Below are positions 28,571 to 39,024 of a DNA stretch of 64,000 bases, piece after piece; position 1 is the stretch's first letter; the number at the start of each line of letters is the position of its first letter. Source of the stretch: an uncultured Bacilli bacterium (GTDB lineage: Bacteria; Bacillota_I; Bacilli_A; RF39; UBA660); assembly GCA_947629165.1 (NCBI GenBank), contig CANRCR010000001.1, positions 12,729 through 76,728 of the forward strand, given 5' to 3'. The notes beneath the pieces are model-generated. The model ran no database searches and was not told the DNA's origin. It saw nothing but the letters and a program-made list of their open reading frames with translations. Position numbers and translations under genes: made by a program.

Positions 28571-30307
28571 ATGAATGAACACGATTTAATTAGTGAAGTA
28601 CGAAGTAAAGTGGATATCGTGGACGTCATCGGAAGTTACTTACCGCTCACCCAAAAAGGAAAAAATTATTTTGGTGTTTGTCCTTTTCACGATGATACGA
28701 ATCCGTCGATGAGCGTTTCCCGCGATCTACAGATTTATCGGTGTTTTTCTTGTGGTGCTTCTGGAAACGTTTTTAATTTTGTTATGAATTATGAACATAT
28801 TCCTTTTCGAGAAGCACTATCACTTTTAGCAAAACGTGCCGGGGTCGAAATCACAGGAATTCACCTTCAAGAAAAAGTTAATAAAAATGCTCCTTTTTAT
28901 ACCATTTATGAATTAGCTCATAAATTTTATCAGAACAATTTAAGTTCCGTACAAGGAAAAGAAGCCCGTGCTTATTTAAAAAATCGTTCGATTGATGATT
29001 CGGTTATCAAAGAGTTTGGGATTGGACTTGCTTTACCAGAACGTAGTCGATTAGTCGATTTGTTAAAGGCGAAAGGTTACGATTTAAAAACGTTAAATCA
29101 AATTGGTTTAGCCAGTGAAGATCACGATACTTACATTCATCGCATCATGTTTCCTTTACATGATTTGGAAGGAAAAGTAATCGGTTTTTCGGGACGTATT
29201 TACGATGACTCGAAAGTTAATAAATATTTAAATACGAAAGAGACTCCTATTTTTAAAAAGGGACAACTGATTTATCATTATGCCATTGCCCGTGAAGAAG
29301 TACGTATTAAAAAACAAGTCATTGTTATGGAAGGATTTATGGATGTCATTCGTGCAAGTACGATCGGTGTTAAAAATACGGTCGCTTTGATGGGGACCGC
29401 GATGACGGAAGAACAAGCCAAACTTATTGCCCGTCTATCGCACGATATTGTTCTTTGTTTTGATGGTGATGATGCGGGGCGTCATGCGACGATGGTCAAT
29501 GGCGAGCATTTTGTTCAAATGGGAATTGTTCCTAAAGTAATTTCTTTAACAGATGACGATGATCCGGACACTTTTATTCTCGAAAAAGGAAAAGAACGTT
29601 TTTTAGGACTATTCGAAAATGCTATTTCTTTTAATGATTATAAACTTAAAGTTTTAAAAGAAGGTGTCAACTTAAATAGCGAAGAAGAAGTTGCACAGTA
29701 TATTAATCAAGTAATTTTGGAAGCGAGTCAATGGGAGGATGAAATTCGTCAAGAAATCGTCCTAAAAAAACTTGCAAAAGAATTTGATATGGAGTATAAT
29801 ACCCTCGAAAAAAGATTCGTTCAGTTAAAAGAAGAACAGACACAAAAGAAGGAATCTTTGAAAACAACCAAGGTAATTCAACCACCGAAAAAAAGAAAAG
29901 ATAAGTACGAATTAGCTGTTTTATCGATTTTATATTATATGTTATTATCGGACAAGGTCGTTCGAAAGTGTGAAAGGGAAGGGTTATTCTTTCCAAAAGA
30001 AGAAGAACGAATTCTTGCTTCTGAAATATCGTATTATTATAAAAAATATGGTATAATGAATATTGCGGATTTTTATACTTATCTCGGTGATAAAGAAAAT
30101 CTAACACAATTATTAACTGAAGTAATAGGACAAGATTTAGGAGATACGGTCGATGAAAAAGAAGTAGATCTTCTATTTAAAGTGGTCAAGGAATATAATG
30201 TAAACCAGGAAGTGGTCCGGTTACAAAAAAAGATTAAAGAAGAGATTGATCCACTCGAAAAAGCGAAGATTGCCGAACGTATCAGAGGACTAAGAATGGG
30301 GAGTTGA
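28571..30307 (+). CDS. dnaG: DNA primase
   Basis: Zinc finger [13 protein letters not shown]...[11 protein letters not shown] and TOPRIM ([15 protein letters not shown]). Confidence 0.95.
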   Translation: MNEHDLISEVRSKVDIVDVIGSYLPLTQKGKNYFGVCPFHDDTNPSMSVSRDLQIYRCFSCGASGNVFNFVMNYEHIPFREALSLLAKRAGVEITGIHLQEKVNKNAPFYTIYELAHKFYQNNLSSVQGKEARAYLKNRSIDDSVIKEFGIGLALPERSRLVDLLKAKGYDLKTLNQIGLASEDHDTYIHRIMFPLHDLEGKVIGFSGRIYDDSKVNKYLNTKETPIFKKGQLIYHYAIAREEVRIKKQVIVMEGFMDVIRASTIGVKNTVALMGTAMTEEQAKLIARLSHDIVLCFDGDDAGRHATMVNGEHFVQMGIVPKVISLTDDDDPDTFILEKGKERFLGLFENAISFNDYKLKVLKEGVNLNSEEEVAQYINQVILEASQWEDEIRQEIVLKKLAKEFDMEYNTLEKRFVQLKEEQTQKKESLKTTKVIQPPKKRKDKYELAVLSILYYMLLSDKVVRKCEREGLFFPKEEERILASEISYYYKKYGIMNIADFYTYLGDKENLTQLLTEVIGQDLGDTVDEKEVDLLFKVVKEYNVNQEVVRLQKKIKEEIDPLEKAKIAERIRGLRMGS

Positions 30308-30312
30308 AAACG

Positions 30313-31407
30313 ATGCCAAGCGAAATTAAAACCATGGAAGAAAGAAAAGCAAAATTAGTTCAAATAGGAAAAGAAAAAGGGAAAATAACCTATGAACAAT
30401 TAGCTGAAGAATTAAAAGGACTCGAAGTTGATAGCGATAGTCTCGATGATTTATATAACACCTTTGTCGAAAATGGAATTGAAATCGTTTCCGAAGAAGG
30501 GGACGAGGATGGGGAAGATATCGATGGCGGTGCCATGCTCGATGATATCGAAGATCTAACCTTATCTAAAGATATTAAAATTAACGATCCGGTACGGATG
30601 TATTTAAAGGAAATTGGACGCATTAATTTGCTTACTTCGGATGAAGAATTCGAGTACGCGAAACGCGCCGAACAAGGAGACGAATATGCGAAACGGATGC
30701 TTGCTGAGTCGAATCTTCGTCTCGTTGTATCCATTGCTAAACGTTATGTTGGAAGAGGAATGTTATTTCTTGATTTGATTCAAGAAGGAAATATCGGTCT
30801 TATGAAAGCGGTCGATAAGTTTGATCCTACGAAAGGATATAAATTCTCAACTTATGCAACGTGGTGGATTCGTCAAGCGATAACACGTGCCATTGCCGAT
30901 CAAGCAAGAACGATTCGTGTACCTGTACACATGGTAGAAACAATCAATAAATTAGCGCGTGTTCAACGTCAGTTGACCCAAGAATTAAATCGGGAACCGA
31001 CCGATGAAGAGATTGCTAAAAAGTTAGGTATCAGTGTCGATAAAGTTCGAGAAGTTTATAAAATCAGTCAAGATCCGGTATCCCTTGAAACACCAATCGG
31101 AGAAGAAGACGATTCTCATTTAGGTGATTTTGTTCCTGATGAACGGACGATGTCTCCCGAAGAATATGCAACTGTCGAACTATTAAAAGAAGAGTTAAGT
31201 GGTGTTCTTCTCACTTTAACCGATCGGGAAGAGAAAGTTTTACGACTTCGTTTCGGTTTGGACGATGGTCAATGTCGGACCCTCGAAGAAGTAGGGCAAA
31301 TCTTTGGCGTTACGCGTGAACGTATTCGTCAGATTGAAGCCAAGGCTCTTCGTAAATTAAGACATCCTTCTCGTTCTCGTAAACTAAAGGATTTCTTAAC
31401 CGATTAA
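30313..31407 (+). CDS. sigA: RNA polymerase primary sigma factor (SigA/RpoD)
   Basis: Region 2 [30 protein letters not shown] and region 4 [33 protein letters not shown] 30313 follows GGGGAG. Confidence 0.97.
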   Translation: MPSEIKTMEERKAKLVQIGKEKGKITYEQLAEELKGLEVDSDSLDDLYNTFVENGIEIVSEEGDEDGEDIDGGAMLDDIEDLTLSKDIKINDPVRMYLKEIGRINLLTSDEEFEYAKRAEQGDEYAKRMLAESNLRLVVSIAKRYVGRGMLFLDLIQEGNIGLMKAVDKFDPTKGYKFSTYATWWIRQAITRAIADQARTIRVPVHMVETINKLARVQRQLTQELNREPTDEEIAKKLGISVDKVREVYKISQDPVSLETPIGEEDDSHLGDFVPDERTMSPEEYATVELLKEELSGVLLTLTDREEKVLRLRFGLDDGQCRTLEEVGQIFGVTRERIRQIEAKALRKLRHPSRSRKLKDFLTD

Positions 31408-32069
31408 TGAAATTAAATCAACGACTTTCTGCGGTCGCATCTCTCGTCGAAGAAAATCAAAGTATCATCGATGTGGGATGTGACCATGCTTTTTTAGCCA
31501 TCGATTTGGTGACGAAGAAAAAAGTAAAAAAAATGGTAGCTAGTGATAATAAAGAAGGACCACTTGCCCATGCGAAAGAAAATATAAAAAAGGCACATCT
31601 TACCAATCAGATCGAGGTTCAATTAGCCAATGGAATTGAACAATTAGATTCTTCGATTGATACGATTATTATTTCTGGTATGGGAGGAAGAAATATGATC
31701 GGTATCTGTAAGTACGAGCCTCGGAAGATGCGCCAAATTAAAACGATTATTTTATCTCCCAACAACGATTGTGAAGTTGTCCGACGCGAATTTGTTAAAA
31801 TGGGTTATTATATTGACCGTGAATTATTAGTTCAAGAAAATAAAATTATTTATCCTGTTTTACGTTTTAAAAAAGGACGAAAACACTATTCGACTAAAGA
31901 TTATCTTTTAGGACCTTGTTTACGGCAAGAAAAAAGTTCTTTATTTCTTTCGTGGAACGAACGCGAATTAAAACAAAAAGAACTTTTGCTTAAAATGTTA
32001 CCTAAAAAATATTGGACTCGGAAATGGTCTTTAAAAAGAGAAATAAAAATAAGAAAAGAAATAGTTTAA
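31407..32069 (+). CDS. trmK: tRNA (adenine22-N1)-methyltransferase TrmK
   Basis: LNQRLSAVASLV...IIDVGCDHAFLAIDLV N-terminus typical of TrmK/YqfN. Conserved position after sigA. Confidence 0.85.
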   Translation: MKLNQRLSAVASLVEENQSIIDVGCDHAFLAIDLVTKKKVKKMVASDNKEGPLAHAKENIKKAHLTNQIEVQLANGIEQLDSSIDTIIISGMGGRNMIGICKYEPRKMRQIKTIILSPNNDCEVVRREFVKMGYYIDRELLVQENKIIYPVLRFKKGRKHYSTKDYLLGPCLRQEKSSLFLSWNERELKQKELLLKMLPKKYWTRKWSLKREIKIRKEIV

Positions 32070-32744
32070 CTATTTCTTTTTTTGATATACCACTGGTTTT
32101 GGTTTTTTTATTTGGTCCCATTTTTCATGAGCTTGTTGATATGCTTCAATCGAAGTAGCGTCTTCGACATCATTCCAACATTCGATTAGTTCTTTTAATG
32201 TCTCATGGAAAGTATTTGATTTTTCAATAATATAAGGAAGGGCATCTTCTAATTTGGGATTATCTAGTCGCGTTGGGGTTAAAAAGGCATAACTTTTTAA
32301 ATAATCAAATAATCCTTGCATAATATTATCCTCTTGAACGAGCCGTTTTAATTCCGGTAGATTAATTTCTAACATCGGATTCATATATTGAATTATTTGT
32401 AATACAAATTTGTCGTGATTCTTGTTTTCTTTATCGGCTTCGATAATACGGAGTACGCCATCACTAAAATTGGAAGTTAAAAGAAAGGCAATGGCATGTG
32501 GAATCTCTTCGTAAGAGAGGGTATTTATTGTATGTCGAAAGAGGGGATTTGCTTCGTCGTCTTCGGTTACTCCATTCCAAAAGGTCCGATCAAAAACGTC
32601 GATGGAAGTCATTACTTCTAAGTTTCCTTGTTTATCTTCTTGATAATGGAAAACGATATTAGCTTCGGGTCTTTCTGGATTGGGAATATATAAATGTACG
32701 TTTCCATGGGTTTGAAATGCGGGTAAAAGTTGTTCTAAAAACAT
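32070..32744 (-). CDS. hypothetical cytoplasmic protein (about 224 aa)
   Basis: Track ORF 32070..32807. ATG at 32744 (alternative 32750) follows GAAGGAAG and lies downstream of a consensus promoter, whereas ATG 32807 lies inside the -35 box. Confidence 0.5.
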   Translation of the reverse strand: MFLEQLLPAFQTHGNVHLYIPNPERPEANIVFHYQEDKQGNLEVMTSIDVFDRTFWNGVTEDDEANPLFRHTINTLSYEEIPHAIAFLLTSNFSDGVLRIIEADKENKNHDKFVLQIIQYMNPMLEINLPELKRLVQEDNIMQGLFDYLKSYAFLTPTRLDNPKLEDALPYIIEKSNTFHETLKELIECWNDVEDATSIEAYQQAHEKWDQIKKPKPVVYQKKK

Positions 32745-32778
32745 ATCCATTCTTCCTTCTTTTTTTTTACTAAATTTT

Positions 32779-32807
32779 ATTATAACAAGGTTTTTTTTAA
32801 TTTCCAA
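32779..32807 (-). promoter_or_regulatory. sigma-A promoter (minus strand)
   Basis: Minus strand reads TTGGAA, 17 nt spacer, TATAAT. Confidence 0.6.
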
Positions 32808-32834
32808 TAAAAAAGTTCTATGAAAGAACTTTTA
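32808..32834 (-). terminator. intrinsic terminator (minus strand)
   Basis: Minus strand AAAAGTTCT TTCAT AGAACTTTT followed by TTATT. Overlaps the stop of the upstream gene. Confidence 0.65.
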
Positions 32835-33218
32835 TAGGAAGAATTGAGGCTGATCGATTGTCTGAAGGGGTGTGATTGGTGTCGTGGAAGGCGCTTGTTC
32901 TTGAAATTGATTTGTCCTTGTTTCTGTCGGAGTAGGGGAATCATCCTCTCGTAATGCTCCCATCACGCGAAACATGGTTTTAGCATTATTCCAAATCGGT
33001 TTAATTTGATAAAAAACGGGAATTGCTTGATTAATGACGCCTAAAGTTCGTTGGGTCGTTCCTAATATATTTGAAAAATTAAGCCTCGATATTCCTCCAA
33101 ATAGACGTGAAAATAAACTTCCTCGACCGACTGTACTTCCAAAGGCACTTGCTCCATAAGGGGCAGCATAACTTATATTAGCAAAGTTTGGGAAGCCATA
33201 AAAACCGCTTTGATACAT
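32832..33218 (-). CDS. small Gly/Ser/Phe- and Pro/Thr/Gln-rich protein, possibly YqfQ/VrrA-like
   Basis: ATG 33218 lies 7 nt after GAGGTG. The longer track ORF (to 33341) has no RBS and would overlap the divergent pilC start. The family call is a weak recollection of a YqfQ-like pattern (TLGVINQAIPVFYQIKPIWNN). Confidence 0.4.
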   Translation of the reverse strand: MYQSGFYGFPNFANISYAAPYGASAFGSTVGRGSLFSRLFGGISRLNFSNILGTTQRTLGVINQAIPVFYQIKPIWNNAKTMFRVMGALREDDSPTPTETRTNQFQEQAPSTTPITPLQTIDQPQFFL

Positions 33219-33265
33219 AAATAGACACCTCTTTACTAACATTATATGAAACAACAAAAAAAATT

Positions 33266-33295
33266 GTTTCCAAAAATGGTGGTTTATGTTATACT
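33266..33295 (+). promoter_or_regulatory. possible extended -10 promoter for pilC-pilD
   Basis: TGTTATACT (TG-n-TATACT, -10 at 33290-33295) with a weak -35 TTTCCA 17 nt upstream. Confidence 0.4.
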
Positions 33296-33333
33296 GATTT
33301 ATAGTAGAAGGAATAGAAAGAGGAGGCAACCCA

Positions 33334-34749
33334 ATGAACATTTTTATTCGAACTTATCATATGGTAAGAAGTATTATTATGCTTCCAAAAAAGTTACTCA
33401 AAGAAGCTAAAGAACCGAAAGATGAAACTAAGGTTGACGCGACTGATGAGTTAATGAGAGATACTGCTCGTAATGTTGCTACCAATAATCCAAATGATGT
33501 TTTTTCACAAGTAGCAAATCGTAATCACCAGGCGGAAGGAATGAAGCGAATCACTTGGAATTATGTAGTTAAGAATGATTATGGGCAAACCATTCGAAGT
33601 GTATTTGATGCATATTCAAAATCTGAAGTAGAAGCTTTCTTAGTAAACGAAGGATATACGATTGTTAGTATCGAACCTAGAAAAGCCTATGAAATGGAAC
33701 TTTTCCCTGCTAAATTAAGTATGAGTGAACTTATTTTTATGCTTACTCAATTATCTACTTATATTCGAGCAGGTATTCCATTAATTGATTCGATGCGTAT
33801 TTTAGCAAAGCAAACCGTTAATCCGAATAAACGTAAAATTTATGAACACGTCGTATATGATTTAACCACTGGTGAAAGTTTTAGTGGTGCTTTGACCAAT
33901 CAAGAAAACATTTTCCCTCGGTTACTTATCAATATGATTCGTACTGCAGAAATGACTGGAGATTTACCTGGAACCTTGGATGATATGGCTGATTATTATA
34001 CTTCTATTGAAGATTCTCGTAAGCAAATGATTTCCGCACTTACTTATCCAGTTATCATTTTAATTGTTGCTATTGCGGTTGTTGTATTTATCTTAGTAGC
34101 TGTTGTTCCATCGTTTGTAACGATGTATTCTAGTAACTCGGCAACTCTTCCAGGAATTACTTTATTTACGATTGCAGCGTCTTCTTTCTTGGAAAAGAAC
34201 TATGTAATTATCCTCTTTGTTTTAGCACTCGCTATTGCTATTTATATTTACATGTATCGTAACATTAAGAGCTTCCGAAAAGCGATGCAAACATTCTTTA
34301 TGAAGTTACCGGTTTTTGGAAATATCATTATTTATAACGAGGTTACTACTTTTACTAAAACCTTTGCATCTTTATTAAATCATAGTGTTCGTATTACAGA
34401 TAGTATGGATATCTTATCCCGTATTACAAGCAATGAAGTATACAAAGAAATTATTGCTAATACATTAAATGTTCTTTCGAAAGGTGGAAAAATTTCTGAG
34501 GCTTTCCGAGGACATTGGGCTTTCCCAGTAGTTGCTTACGAAATGTTAGTTACTGGTGAAAGTACCGGTCAATTGGGAGTTATGATGGAAAAAGTTTCAC
34601 AACACTTTCAGGGATTGCATCGTAATATTGTAACTTCTCTTAAGAGTTTAATCGAACCGATTACAATTTGTCTTCTTGCAGTTGTCGTTGGTTTCATTCT
34701 ACTATCGATCGTCATACCGATGTTTGATATGTTCAGTATTATATCATAA
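33334..34749 (+). CDS. type IV pilus / type II secretion platform protein (GspF/PilC/ComGB family)
   Basis: AGGAGG RBS. N-terminal cytoplasmic domain, two GspF-like repeats (LSTYIRAGIPLIDSM..., LLNHSVRITDSM...) and three TM helices. Confidence 0.85.
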   Translation: MNIFIRTYHMVRSIIMLPKKLLKEAKEPKDETKVDATDELMRDTARNVATNNPNDVFSQVANRNHQAEGMKRITWNYVVKNDYGQTIRSVFDAYSKSEVEAFLVNEGYTIVSIEPRKAYEMELFPAKLSMSELIFMLTQLSTYIRAGIPLIDSMRILAKQTVNPNKRKIYEHVVYDLTTGESFSGALTNQENIFPRLLINMIRTAEMTGDLPGTLDDMADYYTSIEDSRKQMISALTYPVIILIVAIAVVVFILVAVVPSFVTMYSSNSATLPGITLFTIAASSFLEKNYVIILFVLALAIAIYIYMYRNIKSFRKAMQTFFMKLPVFGNIIIYNEVTTFTKTFASLLNHSVRITDSMDILSRITSNEVYKEIIANTLNVLSKGGKISEAFRGHWAFPVVAYEMLVTGESTGQLGVMMEKVSQHFQGLHRNIVTSLKSLIEPITICLLAVVVGFILLSIVIPMFDMFSIIS

Positions 34750-34788
34750 GAGGATTTATTCCTCTTTTCTTATTTTGTGGGGTGAATT

Positions 34789-35565
34789 ATGGAGATTTTT
34801 TATTGTATTTGCTTCTTTATATTTGGAACGATAATGGGCTCCTTTTACCATGTCGTAGGTTCTCGTCTTTCGAGTGGGGGAAGTATCTCAAAGCCAAAAC
34901 GGAGCTACTGTCCTAATTGTGGTCATGTTCTTTCCTGGTATGAACTTATTCCCCTCGTTTCGTATCTTATTCAATTAGGTAAGTGTCGACATTGTAAAAA
35001 ACGGATTTCCTTTTTATATTTCTTTATCGAATTTGCTTCCGGTTTACTATTTATGCTTAGTTATTATTCCTTTGGATTTTCACTCGATTTATTATTTGCA
35101 TTAGTGCTCGTTTCTCTTTTCTTAATTGTCGTAGTAAGTGATCTTAATTATTTGATGATTCCCGATGAAGTTACGGTTACTTGTGCGTTTCTTCTTATCA
35201 TACTAAGCTTTTTTAAATCGGGTTTCGCTAGCACGGTATGGTCCATCGGTTCAGGAACTTTACTTTTTCTTTTAATGTATCTCTTAATGAAATTAGGTAA
35301 CTTTCTTTTTAAAACGGAAAGTCTCGGTGGTGGAGATATTAAATTAATGTTTATCGTCGGTTTGGTACTTCCACCGATTTTAGGAATTATTGTAATTTTT
35401 CTAGCTAGTTTTATTGCTTTACCAGTTTCTCTTATTTTGTATTTTTATAATCGTGAAAAAGTGATTCCATTTGGACCCTTTATTTTGGTTTCTCTTTTGT
35501 TTTTATACTTTATGAAAATCGATTTAACTTCTATTTTAGATTTTATTAAAATGCTTTCTTTTTAG
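34789..35565 (+). CDS. prepilin peptidase (A24 family, PilD/ComC)
   Basis: CPNCGHVLSWYELIPLVSYL...CRHCKKRIS zinc-ribbon region and multi-TM aspartyl peptidase with GGGDIKL. Confidence 0.88.
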   Translation: MEIFYCICFFIFGTIMGSFYHVVGSRLSSGGSISKPKRSYCPNCGHVLSWYELIPLVSYLIQLGKCRHCKKRISFLYFFIEFASGLLFMLSYYSFGFSLDLLFALVLVSLFLIVVVSDLNYLMIPDEVTVTCAFLLIILSFFKSGFASTVWSIGSGTLLFLLMYLLMKLGNFLFKTESLGGGDIKLMFIVGLVLPPILGIIVIFLASFIALPVSLILYFYNREKVIPFGPFILVSLLFLYFMKIDLTSILDFIKMLSF

Positions 35566-35580
35566 GAGCATTTTTTCTTT
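35548..35580 (+). terminator. intrinsic terminator after pilD
   Basis: AAAATGCT (35548-35555) / AGCATTTT (35567-35574) followed by TT. Confidence 0.65.
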
Positions 35581-35626
35581 TCTTATCTTGGGAAATCTTT
35601 TATAATAGGTAATAGAGGTGATTTGT

Positions 35627-36937
35627 ATGAGTCTTACTATATTACCGGCGGATAGTTATGTTGTCATCAACAAAACAGTTTTACGTGAAGAAGATCGTAA
35701 AATTGTCACCATGCTTTATCAACCTATTATCGGTTACAGTGCTGTAAGCCTTTATTTTACGTTAATCGATGATTTGGATAAACGGGAATTGATGAGCGAA
35801 GACTTTACCCATCATCATTTGATGAATGTGATGCAATTACCTTTGAATGAAATTGTTATTAATCGTAAAAAATTAGAAGCGGTAGGACTTCTAAAAACGT
35901 ACGTTAAAAAAGATCATATCAATAACTATGTCTATTTAATTTATTCTCCTTTACCAGCGGCTACCTTTTTAAATCATCCTATTTTAAATGTCGTTCTTTA
36001 TCAAAATCTCGGTAAAAAAGAGTATGAGCGCATGGTTGATTATTTTAAAATACCGAAAGTGAATTTAAAAGATTATGAGGATGTGACCGCACCTTTCCAT
36101 GAAGTATTTCATGCTGTCTCGGGGAATGATTTTATAGCGAATGAAGATTTAGTAGAACACGCGACTTCTCCGATTCTTTTGCAAAGTAAAATTGATTTTG
36201 ATTTATTAGTTTCGAGTATTCCGAAAAGTATGGTTTCGGATCGTTGTTTTAGTGAAGATGTAAAGGAGTTAATTACCAATCTTTCTTTTGTATACCATAT
36301 CGATGATTTACATATGCAGGGATTAGTACGCGACAATCTTAACGAAAAAGGACTCATCGATAAAATGGCTCTAAGAAAAGCTTGTCGTAATTTTTATCAA
36401 TTTGAAGAGGGAGGAAAACTTCCGACACTTGTTTATACGATGCAACCGAACTATTTAAAGAGTCCTAAAGGCGATCAATCCTCATGGGCTAAAATGGTTT
36501 ACCAGTTCGAATCGGAGACACCTTATGATTTTTTAGCAAGTAAATATAAAAATGGAACACCATCGCCTCGCGATTTACGCATTGTCGAAAGTCTTCTTGT
36601 CGATACTGGACTTCGTCCTGGGGTCGTCAATGCACTTTTAGATTACGTTTTAAAAGTAAACGATCAAAAATTAAGTCGATCTTATATCGATACTTTAGCG
36701 GGACAACTTGCACGTCTTCATATCGAAACGGTCGAGGACGCTATGCGGACCATTGAAAAAGAACACAAAAAATTAAAACGTCAATTTGCTAAAAAGCAAA
36801 CCGATAAAAATGAGACAAAAACACCAATTAAAAAGAAAGAGGAACAACTTCCGGAATGGTTCGATAAAGATTTAAATATTACGAGTGATATTGAAAGTCA
36901 AAAAGAAATGGAAGCGATGCTCGAACCATTCTCTTAA
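35627..36937 (+). CDS. dnaB: replication initiation and membrane attachment protein (DnaB/DnaD-domain helicase-loader cofactor)
   Basis: ATG 35627 lies 7 nt after GAGGTG. N-terminal YVVINKTVLREEDRKIVTMLYQPIIG and a DnaD-like C-terminal region. Sits in the dnaB-dnaI context as in Bacillus. Confidence 0.75.
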   Translation: MSLTILPADSYVVINKTVLREEDRKIVTMLYQPIIGYSAVSLYFTLIDDLDKRELMSEDFTHHHLMNVMQLPLNEIVINRKKLEAVGLLKTYVKKDHINNYVYLIYSPLPAATFLNHPILNVVLYQNLGKKEYERMVDYFKIPKVNLKDYEDVTAPFHEVFHAVSGNDFIANEDLVEHATSPILLQSKIDFDLLVSSIPKSMVSDRCFSEDVKELITNLSFVYHIDDLHMQGLVRDNLNEKGLIDKMALRKACRNFYQFEEGGKLPTLVYTMQPNYLKSPKGDQSSWAKMVYQFESETPYDFLASKYKNGTPSPRDLRIVESLLVDTGLRPGVVNALLDYVLKVNDQKLSRSYIDTLAGQLARLHIETVEDAMRTIEKEHKKLKRQFAKKQTDKNETKTPIKKKEEQLPEWFDKDLNITSDIESQKEMEAMLEPFS

Positions 36938-36949
36938 GAGGAGGACTTT

Positions 36950-38023
36950 ATGTGGAATATTAAATTAATGGAACAACATCAAAAAGCGTTATTGGATCGA
37001 TTTTCAAAAACGACGGATCCCGTCGAAAAACAAAAAATTGTTTTTTCTTTGTATGATCTTTTTAATGCTTTAAATAATAGTGGAACGATTCGTTATACGG
37101 GTTTTTATAATTTACTCGATTATTTAAAAGTTCCTATCGTATTGAGTCGTGATATTCGTTATGGAGAACTTTCTAAATCTTATTATGAATCGTATCAAGC
37201 TTTAAATGATGATGGTTACGTTTCTTTTCTAAAAGCATTAGCCGAAAACTTAACGGGAATCGAGATGGAAAATGAGGAAACACTTGCTGCTATGCCCATG
37301 AATGATACTTATCTTATCGATGGTGCCAAAGCTTTTTACGAGACGATTGAAGATGAAGAAATACGTTCTCATGCATTATCTATTTTGAACGATCCGAAAC
37401 ATTTAAATTTTGTTCGTCTCATTCGAAAGGGTAGTCAGGCGTATGGAGGACTTACTTTCCATGACTTTATTCATCACAATGTTTACTGTTCGGTTCAACG
37501 GGACGATACTTTATTTGATTTTGTGACGCTTACGCATGAAGTGATGCATGGCGTTGATTTTTTAATGAACTCGAGTGTCGTTCATTCGTATGCGAATGGG
37601 TTTGAAGAGTTACCAACGTATGTGGTGGATTATTTGACTTGTGACTTTTTAGAAGAACAAGGTTTTCCTTTGGAAGAAATCGAAAAACTTCGTCATAACG
37701 AATTTTCTTTTGTACGCGATTTGGCTTTTCTAACACTCGATGGATTAAGTAAAGAACGTTCTACATCCTCTCAAAATCGGTTTCCACTTTCGGTAGAGCG
37801 ACAAGCTTTGGAACTAGAAACGTGTGTTTTGGCGTATGGTCTTTATCAACAGATTAAAGAAAATCCAAAAGAAGGATACGATCACTTGAAACAGTGGATT
37901 CGTTCTAATACTTCTCGTCTTGTTCGTCCGGATTTTTCTTCGCTTGGATTAAGTGACGAAAAATTATTAACTTTAAGTACTCAAATGGGAAGAGATAATG
38001 AAAAAACAAATTCTATGAAATAG
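36950..38023 (+). CDS. HExxH zinc-metallopeptidase-like protein (family unassigned)
   Basis: 357 aa with strong AGAGGAGG RBS. HEVMH at nt 37535-37549 with a downstream acidic residue (FEELP). Otherwise unrecognised. Confidence 0.5.
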   Translation: MWNIKLMEQHQKALLDRFSKTTDPVEKQKIVFSLYDLFNALNNSGTIRYTGFYNLLDYLKVPIVLSRDIRYGELSKSYYESYQALNDDGYVSFLKALAENLTGIEMENEETLAAMPMNDTYLIDGAKAFYETIEDEEIRSHALSILNDPKHLNFVRLIRKGSQAYGGLTFHDFIHHNVYCSVQRDDTLFDFVTLTHEVMHGVDFLMNSSVVHSYANGFEELPTYVVDYLTCDFLEEQGFPLEEIEKLRHNEFSFVRDLAFLTLDGLSKERSTSSQNRFPLSVERQALELETCVLAYGLYQQIKENPKEGYDHLKQWIRSNTSRLVRPDFSSLGLSDEKLLTLSTQMGRDNEKTNSMK

Positions 38024-38095
38024 TACGAAATTTTGCTTTGATTATCTTGTTATTTTTTCTTGTTTCTTCTAAAATAAAGGTATAGGTGAGTGTGT

Positions 38096-39010
38096 ATGAA
38101 AAAAGTAACTGATGTTATTTCGATGACTTCGTCGAAACAAATCGATTTAAAACAATCTTATGTTACGGCTTTAAAAGATCCTAACTTTCGTTCTTATGTC
38201 GAACATCTTCCGATTGAAGAGGATCTTTTAATGAAGTATACTTCTCGATTAGAGGAGGCGAGTCAAGAATTTCAAAATTGTCTACATTGTCCGGGTTTAG
38301 AAAATTGTAAGAACCATGAAAAAGGTTTTTTACTAACACCGGAAAAACAATTAAAATCAATCGTTTTTTCATATAACGCTTGTGCTTATTTAAAAAAACA
38401 GTTAAAACAGGATGCTTACCAAGAAAATGTTTATCTTTTTGAAATTCCTAAACAAATCAAAAATGCCCGTATGAAAGATATTTATAAAGATGATCGCGGT
38501 CGTAAAGAAATTATTAAATATTTGATTGATTTTTTACAACAGTATCCCACGACTAAAAAACAAAAGGGACTTTATCTAAATGGCAGTTTCGGTAGTGGGA
38601 AAACTTATCTTGTGGCGGCTTTATTTAACGAATTAGCCAAACAAAAAGTAAGAAGTGCGCTCATTTATTATCCCGAATTCTTACGTTCTTTAAAAGAATC
38701 GTTTGGTAATGAAGAATATCGAGAAAAATTTGACCGCGTTAAAAAAGCACCTTTGTTACTACTCGATGATATTGGGGCAGAGAATATGACTCCCTGGTCG
38801 CGTGATGAAGTGTTAGGACCGCTTTTACAATATCGTATGAATGAAGAATTACCTACTTTTTTTACTTCGAATTTAACGATGGAAGAATTAGAAAGTCATT
38901 TAGCAAATAGCAATAATGCGGTCGAAAAAGTAAAAGCCCGTCGTATTATCGAACGGATTAAGGAACTTTCTCTTGATATGAAACTAATTAGTAAAAATAG
39001 AAGAAGTTAG
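38096..39010 (+). CDS. dnaI: primosomal helicase loader DnaI
   Basis: N-terminal Cys-rich zinc module (CLHCPGLENC...C), AAA+ Walker A GSFGSGKTYL and Walker B LLLLDDIG. Confidence 0.88.
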   Translation: MKKVTDVISMTSSKQIDLKQSYVTALKDPNFRSYVEHLPIEEDLLMKYTSRLEEASQEFQNCLHCPGLENCKNHEKGFLLTPEKQLKSIVFSYNACAYLKKQLKQDAYQENVYLFEIPKQIKNARMKDIYKDDRGRKEIIKYLIDFLQQYPTTKKQKGLYLNGSFGSGKTYLVAALFNELAKQKVRSALIYYPEFLRSLKESFGNEEYREKFDRVKKAPLLLLDDIGAENMTPWSRDEVLGPLLQYRMNEELPTFFTSNLTMEELESHLANSNNAVEKVKARRIIERIKELSLDMKLISKNRRS

Positions 39011-39024
39011 AAGGTGATTAAAGT

